From positions 5,562,831-5,626,830 of the forward strand of contig CM082578.2 in assembly GCA_040954595.2 (NCBI GenBank): a stretch of 64,000 nucleotides of DNA, in the 5' to 3' direction. The translations under genes were made by a program, and so were the position numbers. The notes below the pieces were generated by a model. It was not told where the DNA came from, searched no databases, and saw only the letters and a program-made list of their open reading frames with translations. Numbering within the stretch: the stretch's first letter is position 1; each line of letters opens with the position of its first letter. Shown in pieces: positions 13,837 through 25,996 of the stretch. The DNA comes from Balanoglossus misakiensis. Lineage: Eukaryota > Animalia > Hemichordata.

Positions 13837-16039
13837 GGAAAGAAAGAAAGAAAGAAAGAAACAACAACCACCATCATGATAAACAACGCAGTGTCTTGAA
13901 TTGAGCCGCCCACTCGCGCGATCGAGCAGCTGGCGCAAGAAGTGGCTTGTGTCAAGGGTCCCGTCCGTATGCTAGTAAATTGATCTCACCAATAAAAACC
14001 GATGACCGATGTCATCCCCTTTCCCCATCACATCTGACATCCAACAAGTTTTGCGTTCCTTTCTTGAACCGCATGCCTCTATGTTTCTCTTCAAATCAAC
14101 GTCATTTGCTGATGTTGGATAACATTGGGAAACAATTTACAAGTACGTTCATGTACATGCTACATGTACATCTCGGTGTGGTTAACGCTTAAATTATTGG
14201 GCCAAGCAATTTCTGTATAATATAGACAAATTACAGGTAATTTCTGCTTTAAATTTCTGCTGTTCATTAAATTGTGCCTGCATGGTGTATGTGGCGAGGC
14301 CAAACGGTTAACCTAAAATAATATCCTGCATGCCAAACGATATTATTTCTACATTTCGCTGGATAGTGAACTGTGGTGAAAAATGCGATAGGGTAATAAT
14401 AATAATAATTCAGATTCATATTCGTTTATTACGTTTCAAGGCTAGAAATGTGATAAGTATTAGTTTCTAAGGTCTGTGTATTAAAACTGGGCGCTCAAGA
14501 AGAAAGTGGTTTTCATCTTGCTCTGTTTGTGCATAATTTACAAATTCTTTCTGTCACATCTGCTGTAAATTAGGCCTATTTCCCTTCCTCTAATAATAAT
14601 ATTGATTTCTTACATAGCCACGTATGTGCTTAAGACAATTATCCCCCCCCCTAGCCATTGGACCTATTTAATATCATTCACCTCCCTTGGGAGCAAACGA
14701 CAGCTCATATGTGCAGCCACAATCAGCGCAGCAGAGCTGAAAGCACGCATTGCAATCTCTGTCATACCAGGCGGGCCATACCAGGCGGGTGCTCGTTAAA
14801 TACCATCTTCACGACCCTGGCATGGAGACAATATTTACATGTATTAACGTGCAACACCTGCTGTTACATGAATCAGAAATGACATCTGCAGATTAAGTAT
14901 TTCACAATCGACAGCACACCCGGAACACAAGAGCATTTGCAGTTTTGCCAATATTTGCTTGTGACAGTAATTAAACGGACATTAGCTGTAACTTTTGTTT
15001 TTTCACTATTTTTGTTTTGTGTACCAAATGCAAGCTTGTTCTACTCCCAAACAACGCGCTAATATCCTCTGACTGAAAACGACAACACGAACTTTCACGA
15101 AAACACTTTCTTTTTATTATCGGGAAAATTCCGGACATTGCCGAAGTGGATACGTTCGGAAATCTTCGGAGACAAGCTGCACCTTGAAGGCGAGCCGAGA
15201 CAGGCACAGGGGGATTAGGAGATGTACTTCACACCTTTTGACAATAGCGTTGCTAGTCTGTTTCTCTTTGTCTGTGATGGAAGGAAGATTCCGGGGGAGG
15301 GGGTATTAGAAAGTGTATTACAAATTTCAATTGTCAACTTATAGAGAATGCGTCTCGCTCATATAAGAACACCGGAGAAAAATGAAGTGAGCAACTTGAG
15401 TAGGCAGGCCTGTGGCATATACTTTTAACACCCTTTCAAACTATGTGGTCCCATGAAAGCGAACCTTCTTGCATGGTGTGCAGCTATAACCTAAGAACAA
15501 AGTGGAAAATAATGAACCGGTACACCTTCAATCCTCTTATTCGTCAGAGCGGATTATATTTAAACTATTCAATTACCTTAGGAAAGGCTATATGTATTAT
15601 GCATACATTCTACCCAACACATGGCAGTAATCTTAATTGAAATACGACGCACTGGGCTATGTTCTTTCTTAAAATAGTGAATAGTGTTCCATCGGTTCCC
15701 ACTAAGATAATTTTACCTGAACAAATGAACATTTTCTACCATTCTAAACTAAATTTGTGTTGCCTGGCTACGTTTTTCTGCCCAAAGCTATTTTCCTGTG
15801 TTCAAAGTGGTATCACAAAAACCGTCGGTGACAGTAAACATAATAGCCCTCAAAACTTTCCAAGTCTTTGCAATATTGAAAATGTGCTGCGTGTCACTTT
15901 GAGAACAGAGAACAAAACTAGATTCACTTGTTTGATTTCGCGAGACTTGCCGACGTCGACCCAAGTCAGAGGCGCTCCTCGAAAGTGAAGCACTGTGATA
16001 GAAAGGAAGGGACGAAACTGAAGTTATTTCACTTCCGAG

Positions 16040-19000
16040 ATGAAACGCAGTAAAGTAGCACCATTTAGGGATAAGGTAAGTGAAACGGGCGATTTTAAAC
16101 TTGAAACGTAGAATTGTAGCCGTTTACCATCTGGCTGTAATAACTGCATGATATGAATGTTTGATATGAAGTTTTTCGCCATGGTAAACAAACAGCTGTC
16201 TTCGGATTTAGGACGACGTCGACCTGATGGTAACTCCCAACTTGAGAAAGTTCTTGTAACAATTGTGCATTAAAATAAGGCAGTTTTAATCGTTCAGTCA
16301 AAACAATTTCTGAAAGAATCGAATTTAATAGCTTACATCAAGCTAATTCAGTCGGAGCAAAATAGTCATCACGAGTAATTTCAAATATACCTTAAAGAGA
16401 ATTTTGTTTGAAATGAAAAGCTTTTCATGGTGTTTTACTGCTTGAAACATGCTAAAATACTTGTAAACTGTACTCAATCTCTACCACGTGCACAACGGAC
16501 AAGATTGAACATTCAGTGAATCAATTTATGGTCGCTACCCAGTTATTCAATGTTGAGACAACTTTTGTCTATATGTATACAGTGATGCATAATGTTTAGA
16601 TTACACGGGGCTTGTAAGGAAATCTCAGAGTGTGGATTCCTTTCATGTTATAGCTGTCATGTTCATGTCTTTTCTCAGTGTTTAGGGAGACCTTGCTAAC
16701 CGATATGTTAATCAAATTAACTTGAAATGTGATGACTAATCGACGAATTGTTTACCGTGATGTACAATGTAATACCAAAGTACCAAACATATTGCTTCCA
16801 ATTTGGACATTGTAGCCGTTAGATTGTACGCCCATGTAAGAAAAGTCCTGCTAGAAAGTGTGTCACATGCGACCCATACCAACAGCCGCAGACTAGACGA
16901 CGACCGCCTTTCAAACCAAGTGTTGCCGAGCGACACGCATAATCTCTCCCTCTCTCTCTTTCTTTCTCTCTCTCTCTCTCCCCTCTCAATCCTCTCTCTC
17001 TCCCTCCTTCTCTCCCTATTGTTATTGAATAGCTATTCCATGTGATTTATTATTCTACATGGTGTTTTGTATGGCTTCACTTTCGTGGTGGTGTTGCCAT
17101 GGTAACCGTTACTGGGCTGTCTTGTATGATTGACACGGATGGAGGGGTTCCCCCATCTTCCCATTGGTGGGTTCTACACCAATCAGAAGTGCGTTCTGGG
17201 TCACATGTTTAGCCCCAAGTTTCGGCTTTGTGCAACGTTTCCTACATGTAATTAGTCCGGTTTTATCCCTACCGGATAGCCAGCCCCGGGTCACCGATCG
17301 CGAGATCTAAGACGTGTTCGCCGTAGCAGTTCGGTGTGGGCCGATATCTTCGACGAGACGTTTGCTTTACGGCGAGTTCCGACCGCCATGTGTGGAGAGA
17401 GCTGGTCCGTCTGCGCTACCGGTTTTCAAAGGCGGGAACGTCCGGGCTTCCGTCACAATATATATATTTGGTTTTCTCCACAGATCGATGTCAAGACGGG
17501 CCAAAAACGGCGGCGGAAGGTTATCATCGGGGCCTTACTCACCACGGGGCTGATACTCGCTGGTGGTGGTGCTGCGGTTGGACTATTTACTGGTATGTAT
17601 TTTTTGTCCATCTCAATCACCGTTAGAGAACAACCATTTAATTTCTTCCCTTTATCAAGTTTTCTTGCAGGCGGGTAAACATTTATTGCTCTTCGAAATA
17701 TCCAAACATCTTTAATCGCACGTTAACTTATAAATATTCGTATATATTCATACTAACCTAGTCAGGCAATTTGAGTACATGTATATGTGGATTCTTTCTT
17801 AAGGTGGAAATCATGTGACAACGCCCATGCCATTGCATACACCACAACCATCGAGTCCAGGTAATTGATAACATAATCTCCTTTTCTAATTAAACATACC
17901 AAAAGTATTGCCATGGTCAAGATGATCAGAGTGTTTCAATAAATGTGTAGTACAAAATTTTACTATATTCTGTTGGATTTTCAATTATTTGCGAGTTATA
18001 ATATATATTTAAAAACGTTAACACTGTGTGCGAATATGTGTGTAAACGGTATACATGTAGTTGCTGTTAGTTGGCATCGATGGCAGATACGTGTGCGTAT
18101 ATAAATGGATTGGCTTCCATCTGCCCTTGGTCTTTTTGCTTCTTCTTAGTAGGCCAGTTTTAGCCACTATTCCTTATCACACGATACTTGACATGTTAGT
18201 AACACCAATGGCTGCAATTTTGTAACAACAGTATCTCACGTTGCCTTTGCTAACATTAATTATTAACCCTAAAATAGACACTAGCACAAAATGACGTGGT
18301 CAAATCTCTTTCTCTTTGAAGCATTGATCAGTGCGACTCCAACCCTCCGCGTCCATCCTGATTATATCCCGGATGTTGTGCAAGGTCGGCAGATTGACTT
18401 CCATTTGAACGTTGAACTGCCGATTGTTTACGCCAGCCGAACAGTAGAGGGCACTGCAGCGGATTTGTTTTCAATCAACGCTTTCCTGGCTGTGTCTGAC
18501 GTCAGCGCGGCTGGGGGTGACTTGGTTTCGTCGACAGCTTCCCAAGAGACTGCGCCCACGAATACCTCTCTGGGTAATACAACAATGGAAACTGGGACTT
18601 CCAGTGGTGCAGACAAAACAACCGGCGTGCGTGTCAATACAACAGAAACGTCAGCGCTCGTAACACTAGGAGATGAGGGGGCAACGCAGACCCACAGGAC
18701 AACAGCTGTTGTACCTGGACATGACGTCACACTTTCTAATCATATGGCTGTGCTGGTAGATGTTCAGGCCAACTTCGATCCTATACCGTGCGACCGTCAC
18801 GACTTCATTTGTGTTGAGATTTATCCAGTCGACACAGAAGTTTGGCAGTGGACAGACGACGTGAAGAGAACTGCCTGTGTAGAGATAGGAGATTGTCTTT
18901 GTGAGTATATACTAGTAAACGTTCAATAATGATGATTAGGTCGTGGCGTTCCCACATCCCCTATCAAACATTAGATTGATGTCATGACAAGCTTATGGTT

Positions 19001-22000
19001 ACCACGTGTGTACATTTGTGACGTTTTTGTACCGTATCAACACTTGCGTGACTCTATTTTACAGGTTAAGAAACACGTAAGCTAATAGTCGGAACATTTA
19101 ATACTCATTACATGCAATGTACCGTACCGCCTTAAGAATCGTGGATAACCAATTTCCAGGAAGTTTTCAATGCGCAATGCCATGTTCATACATAATGGTT
19201 GTTCATCTTTTCTTCACAGACCCCATTGATCCAATTGATATGCAAGTGTTTACAGACATAAACGTAACCATGGGAACATCACAGTTGTTATGTATTGGCG
19301 TTGAATTGTACCTCGGAAATGATACGGGAAACTTCACAAGTATGGAGGATAACTTATTCGACGTTCAGCTCTACTTCTCCGCCAATGTAACAGGGCATGC
19401 ACACTCGAAGAAAGTTTTAGCTGATCATATCTCACCAACAATGGCCGTCATTCTTCCAAATTCCAACATGAACATGGAAAACCTGATGGCAACCTACGAC
19501 CTCCGTGATATGGGCTGTGCAACGTACCCGTATGTATGCGCCGACATTTATCCTATGAAGGACGCCCCCTTTTTGTGGCTCTACGAAGACTGGTGTATCA
19601 CAAACTGTGTTGAGGTGACGACTTGTACACGTGAGTTAGAATTAAAATCATGGTTTCTATCCGTAATCAGAGCTTCAGAGATGCAACTATTTCCGGGTAA
19701 TTTTTCTCGTGCGTTTCCTTGTAGATATACAACTCGACACATGTAGCATTCTGCAGTGCATTTGTAGCAGATGCACATGTTGTTGATTGTCTATGGAACA
19801 TGAAGCTGGCAGATATACGTTTACTGGATCATCAGATATACGTTTAGCTTTCTTATTCCCTTCAGATCAAATTGACGAACTATCTCTCGATGTGAGTGTT
19901 AGTTCCAACAGCAATGTTGACTTCGTCATGGGTTCATCGAAACGCCTTTCCCTAGACGTTAGCATAGCGATTGGACCGGACACAGCACAGTTCTCCAGTG
20001 AAATTAACCATGTATTCGGCATGAATTTGAACCTGAAGACTACCGAGGAAGACCCAGCTCTTGTGACTTCTCCACCAACCAACGTCACTTCCGGTACCTT
20101 GTCTATCTCACCGAACATATCAATATCCATGTATAACGTTACTTTCATGGAAACAGACTTGGTTGATATCGGATGTGACGACGTCAAGTTTATCTGTGTT
20201 GATGTATTCCCTGGTGGTAACTCCGGGTTTCCATGGAAATGGTCCGGAGGCGACGTTCTCTCCGGTTGTCTGGCAGTGAACGGAACCTGTATCGGTAGGC
20301 TGCAAGAGATCTTTGCACCTTTTGCTCATTTTTGTCTTTGTTATGGAAATTTTGAATTTTGGAATATGGAAGCTTAGAGTGATCGCAGTTGTTCTCCTGG
20401 TGGAATTTCTCTGTGTTAACTCCTATATTCCTTTCATCTACATGTAGTTCAAGTGACCCCAGCAATTCAGAGCCCATTGCAAGTTAGCGGAACAGTTGAT
20501 GTTGTTATGGGAGTACTGAATGATTTCCATCTGTCAGTTACAATCACCACAGCATCCCACAGTACAGGATTGCTGTCTGGTCAACTGGTGGATCTGTTGA
20601 AAGTCGATGCGTTCTTGACCGGCTCGACCAATGGTGACAGAGTTGAAGCAAACTTACCCGCGGATCCCATGACCTTTCGTACAAATGCGCTTATCAACTT
20701 CGCGATCACGCCAAGTTTTGACCTGTCCCATGGAGAGTGCGAGAGTTTCTCTCATATCTGCGTCGAAGTGTCACCGACAGCCCACTCTAACTGGTTCTGG
20801 CGCACTCCAAACAACCACGTTGGCCCTGCTTGTGTACAGTTTGATTCCTGCCAGGGTAAGTAGAGAAGAGATTTCAATGATCTGACATATGCATAAACAC
20901 ATATCAGCCATACCACAATGCTGTGCAATACAGAGATTCACATCAGCAACACGAAGCACGATATGATCCTAGTTGTATAAGAATCGTGAATTTAGATCTT
21001 GAACAATAACTGATGTATACATAGATGCAAAGCAATGTTGACCGGATGACCTTTACATGTATATGGCCCATTGTATTGCATATCTATTATTTGCATTTTG
21101 CATATTGGCTAACCCACCTCCCAGGGCACATATGCATGTACAGTGAATCTGTCCTTATTAGAGAGGTGTCCTGCTTAGAGAGGTGTCCGTAACGACAGGT
21201 TTCACTGGTGAACTCCCCCTTGAACATTCCCTTGATATTCCATCGTATGAGCAGTTTATCAAGAATTTCTGTAAATTGCACCGCATATATAGCTTCCTGT
21301 TGACTTAGGGACCGTTCAGTTTTACGGCCGGGGGGGGGGGGGGGGCGGCAAAATCCAGGGGGGGGGGGTCACTTAAATTTTGAAGTCCAAAAGCGGGGGG
21401 GTCATCTGTTTTTTTAAACGTTTAGGGGGGGGGGGGTCACATACTTTTACCACCGAACTTTTGCTTTTGAGTCCACAAAATTGCAGTTTCGCGCCCTTTG
21501 TTTTACAAAATTTTCTAATGTGGGAGGGGGACACCCCCTCCGTCACCCAACCCCTTCATTCTCCGCCACATTTCGTTTTTTGCTGGTTTGTCTAGTGTAC
21601 CGGGGCAGGGTGCTTGCCACCCCAGCCCCACTGATGATAATATTTAACAAAGTAAATACATAAAGGAGAATAATCGTTTAAACCATTTCGCATAACTGAT
21701 ATTTTCGCGCTGCATCTTCTATATACTAGAAGTTTTATAAATGATGTCATGACGAAGATGACACCAAATCTTCTAACTTTGAGTGGAATGGCAAAAAGTA
21801 AAATTGGTCCTCCCAAACATTGAGATGAATTTGCTTTTGAGTTCATAAAAATGCAACTTTGAGCTCCATATTTTACAATTTTTTTACAAAATTTCCCACA
21901 CCCACCCCTCCATTCTTCGCAACATATCATTTGTTCGCTGGTTTGTCTAGTGTACCAGGGCAGACTTATTCCCACCCCACCCCTATGCTTACTTTGAGTG

Positions 22001-25000
22001 GAGTGGCAAAATCAAAATTTGTCCTGCCTAACATTGAGTTAATTTGCTTTTGAGTTCATTAAAATGCAACTTTAAGCACCGTATTTTACAAAATTTCCTT
22101 GTATTGACTTGTCATTTTATGTTGTTCCTAGATTTCTTTATTGCAACGATATTATTATATTATCCAATTACTTTAAGAAATTTATAATTGAGGTGTGAGG
22201 AGCCTCGTTCCCTTTATTGCATACAGTGTACATAGGATCAGGACGGCGAATGTTTTCAGCGTGGGGGGGGGGGGGTTATCATATTTTTGGGTCTGTCAAA
22301 GGGGGGGGGGGTCATCATTTTTGGGTGCTGGGTGAAGGGGGGTCGGCGTGATTTTGAAAACCCACGACACAAACTTGCCAGTTATTTTCCTAACGGTAAA
22401 CAGAAATGCCTCATATACTAATAAACGTTTTCCTGTATTCCTTCCATTTAGTTCAAGTGGCCCTGGCAAGTCCATTGCTAGTTAGCGGTGCCGTTGATGT
22501 TGTTACGGGAGTACCCAATGATTTCTATATGTCAGTTATGATCATGACGGCGTCTCACAGTACAGGATTGCTGTCTGGTCAACTGGTGGATCTGTTGAAA
22601 GTTGACGCATTCCTTTCCGGTCCATTCGGAACTGGACACAGAGTTGAAGCAAACTTACCAGCGGATCCCATGACCTTTCAAACAAATGCGCTTATCCACT
22701 TTGCGATCACGCCAAGTTTTGACCTGTCCCAAGTAAATTGCGTGAGTTTCACTCATATCTGCGTCGAAGTGTCACCGACAGCACACACTAACTGGTTTTG
22801 GTATGGACCAAACGGCCAGGTTGGCTCTGGTTGTGTACCTTTTACTTCCTGCAGGAGGGGTAAGTAGATAAGGGATTTCAATGACCTGACATATCGATAA
22901 TCACATGTCTGTCATACCATAACATTCATAACATTGTGTAAACACGATTGGAAATATGTTGAGATAATATGAATTCAAACGGTCTGTCAAAACCTGTTGA
23001 AAAATATGCTATACCAGGCTGTAATATTTCCCTTCAGGGAAATTGCTAAGTTTAAACCACTATACTATATGCAATTAAGTATATTTCATAAATTTTCACG
23101 TTACGAGTTGCGTTAACCGACTTGTATCCCGAATTTGCCGAGTTTTGCCTCAGTCAAAATTGGAGCCGTGGCTGCAGTCTGGGTGGGTGACGTCACTTCC
23201 GCCTGTAATGGGCTTTGAATGCTCGAATAGCATCTATGGAACATAGCCACATAAATCCCCTCGCGGGGTATCAGAGAGAGAGAGAGAAGCTACCTGTCGT
23301 CGTGGAGGGCCTGGGTGCGATTCCCACCGCCCACAATGCAATTTTTATCTAGTGAAAACTAAGTTTGTACAGTTTAACCAAAAACAGTCAAAACAATAAA
23401 GATTTAACTACTGTTACAGTAGATGCAACATACTCTAGGAGATAGGTACCTTTAATCAGAATGTTTGGTAATGAAGGTTTGAGAAGTCAATTCTATGTAA
23501 AAATCACACTGATTCCAAAAAAGCAGTCTTATTGACCCAACTCAAGACAAAATTGCCCTTTTGGAAACTTTTTGCCCCCAAAGAGTCATTTTTAGAAAAC
23601 ATTAAAAGCAAACTCTTTTCTTCACATTCGGGGATCTGATGACGTAAGATATGCTCATTCGATGTAAAATTTGGTGGAAATTCCAAACAATTGACCCCAC
23701 ACAATTGCCTTTTTTGGCGCCCAAAAGGTCATTTTAGACAAATTCAAAACAAACTGTTTTCTTCATATTTGGTGATCTGATGATATATATCAATTCTATG
23801 TTAAAAATGGTGACTATTAAAATTGAAGTAGTCTTATTGACCCCACTTAATACAAAAATGCCATTTTGGCCACTGTGGGTCAAAAAAGGTTCAGAACCAC
23901 CTTAGTCATGTTAGTGGTCTGTTTCTAAACAAGGCAAATGTTAGTTTTACCCAGCCTGAACATTAAATGAATCAAGCATCAATTACAGATTGATTTTTTG
24001 TTGGCCGACAGCTTGTAACAAGGAGGATGGTTACGACAGAGGCGGAAGTGACATCAACAACGGTCGGCATAATAGGAAAGATAACGCTGACGCGTGTTGT
24101 GAAGACTGCAGGAGTAACGTGCTTTGTCGCGCCTGGACTTTCAACAAAGTTGATGGCACTTGTTGGTTGAAGAATCCAATTCCCAATAAAAATCAAAGGT
24201 CAATCGCTGTGTCAGGAGTCGTCCAGAGATCAGGTAACCCTCAATATTTTGTGAAAACAATGTTTAATTTCAACCCCTAAATGGATGTTATAGAAAAATG
24301 TGTCATCGAAACAGACATCATGTTTATTTGTTTTTGACCTTCGGTACATATTTGGTGACATTTTAAGAGTGATCTGACTATATATCACTGGAAAAGTGAA
24401 AAAAATGCATACTTTCAGTCTCAAATAGTTGCCATGGAAATGTGGGTCATCAATATGGACATCACATTTATTTGTGTTGACCAAGGAGACCACTTTTGTA
24501 AAATGTTCATGCTAATACTTTCCTATACATGTACCTCTGCATCCAGAACAGGTACAGCATTGGCGTTTGGACGGATGGGACTACAACGAAAAGCCAATTT
24601 TTTTTTCACCTATATCATTAATTATGTGCATACCTAATTTCAGGCTAACCAATAGAGATAGAGATAGAGGTCTGGTTTTTGTTGGACCTGGACCATTATG
24701 GGTTCAAAACTTTTTGCTCAAATTTAGTTGACCTCGGATGACATTTGATCTTAATATGACATACATGTAAATGCGAATTACTACATAATTTAAGGACCTT
24801 CAGACTTCACATTTGGTAAGAATAAGCACACACCTGTACTGGTTACTCATATGTTGCTATGTGCTATTTTGGCTTTGGCCCGCTATTGCTACTTACAGCT
24901 ATATTTTTACTTTTATTCTTTGTATCCACTTTGGTTTCTTGGTCGGCTACCTTAAAGGGACAAAGTCTCTCTCTCGCTGCCCCTTTTTCATGACTTGGTG

Positions 25001-25448
25001 GGCGCATTTTCTCCAAACAGAAACTTAATAATGCGAAAGAAATAGAATTATGTGGTCCATGTACGTATCCTTGAGTTTTAACTTCTCCCCAAATTTCGAA
25101 GTGACCTATGACCTACTGACTGAAATTGTGTATTGTTTGACTTTTCCGTTGGTGTGCTTCCAAATGATCTGTTGTTGCGGCGGCAAGTTTTCCTTTGTTC
25201 GATACTTCCGTCTCATCATCGACGTTCATGCAGCTCACATTTCAGTTGTTTCTTTCCATACATTTTCAGTTAGACAATAAATGGCGAGGCGACCGTCGAT
25301 GTGGACCCAATTTTCCCCTTCCTGATGGCAGTCCTGCAGAGTGTGACCCAGATAGTTACCGCCCTCTTGCTGTTCATCTATATTTTATGGTGGAAATACA
25401 GCAGCTCACTGCTCATGCTCAGAATGCATCGACTACAGAAGTGAGTAG
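16040..25448 (+). CDS. Type II single-pass membrane protein: five ~135-aa 4-Cys repeats + PAN/Apple domain + frameshifted hevein-like (chitin-binding type 1-like) exon
   Basis: Exons 16040-16075 (MKRSKVAPFRDK, phase 0; least certain), 17484-17592 (KRRRK + TM VIIGALLTTGLILAGGGAAVGLF), 18322-18900, 19220-19630, 19866-20294, 20448-20855, 22452-22859, 24012-24233 (all phase 1-1 GT-AG), and 25274-25440/25448. PAN motif GSDI..ACCEDCRSNVLCRAWTF..GTCWLK..VSG. Confidence 0.8.
21308..22379. mobile_element. PIF/Harbinger-type MITE, copy A (one TIR lost), in the intron between duplicated exons
   Basis: Starts TTA|GGGACCGTTCAGTTTTACGGCCGGGG. Colinear in reverse orientation with 58265-59240; similarity stops at ...acacaaacttgcc (22379), about 35 nt short of the second terminus. 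Confidence 0.85.
23485..23870. repeat. Imperfect ~150-bp tandem repeat (about 2.5 units), probably transposon-internal
   Basis: Recurring ttgacccc..aattgcc..ttttgg / gtcatttt(t)aga..caaact.ttttcttca.att.gg.gatctgatga / tcaattctatgt blocks. Confidence 0.65.
24012..24233 (+). CDS. PAN/Apple domain exon of the type II membrane protein
   Basis: ACNKEDGYDRGGSDI...DACCEDCRSNVLCRAWTFNKVDGTCWLK...AVSG matches the PAN/Apple cysteine pattern; phase 1-1 exon of 222 nt. Confidence 0.85.
24956..25000. mobile_element. Solo TTAA-flanked terminus related to the 25650-25996 MITE
   Basis: TTAA|AGGGACAAAGTCTCtctcTCGCTGCCCcTTTTTCA matches the TIR of the neighbouring element. Confidence 0.7.
25274..25448 (+). 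pseudogene. Frameshifted hevein-like/chitin-binding-type Cys-rich exon
   Basis: DNKWRGDRRCGPNFPLPDGSPAECDPDSYRP, then an extra 2 nt (cct CT tgc) shifts frame before CCSSIFYGGNTAAHCSCSECIDYR. Exon is 167 nt versus 165 expected for phase 1-1. Confidence 0.75.
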
Positions 25449-25649
25449 CAGCCATTTTAGAGCAACACATTTTCTTGTATGCATTAATGTTGTGATATCA
25501 AGTGTAACACACCTTACGAGTTGCGATAACCGACTTACATCACGAATTTGCCGAGTTTCGCCTCTGTAAAATGTAATGTAGTTTGATCATTTGCAATGTA
25601 TAACACAATTGGTCTGAAAAACATTGTGTGGTTTGCACCATAATACTAA

Positions 25650-25996
25650 ACGGACAAAGTCTCCCTGTCGCTGCCCTTTTTCCATTAATTATGTTTGATA
25701 CAAGACACGGTTTATGTTATTCTACATGTGAATATATAGTGAATCAACATTCGACCACACACACCTTCCATCCAACTTGTAGACACGAGAGGGAAAAACT
25801 CGCCAAAATGAATAATCGGTGTTTACCATTTATTCATTTTGGCGGGATTTTTACTCTCTTATCCTACAAACGGGATGGAAGTTGTGTGTCGTTGAATGTT
25901 GATTCACTATATATCCACATGTACATTAACATAAACGGTGTCTTGTATCAAACATAATTAATGGAAAAAGGGCAGCAACAGGGAGACTTTGTCCCT
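25650..25996. mobile_element. Kolobok-like (TTAA target) MITE with ~70-bp TIRs
   Basis: Left a(c)ggacaaagtctccctgtcgctgccctttttccattaattatgtttgatacaagacacggtttatgtta is the reverse complement of the right end with ~3 mismatches. Flanks are CTAA/TTAA. Confidence 0.85.

Noticed and set aside
18428-18730. Antisense ORFs overlapping exons (also 19867-20187, 42260-42660, 61076-61486)
   Set aside because: Shadows of the coding strand with no independent motifs or splice structure.
23485-23870. Spaced repeats resembling a CRISPR array
   Set aside because: Units are ~150-nt degenerate tandem copies without unique spacers; eukaryotic context and no cas genes.
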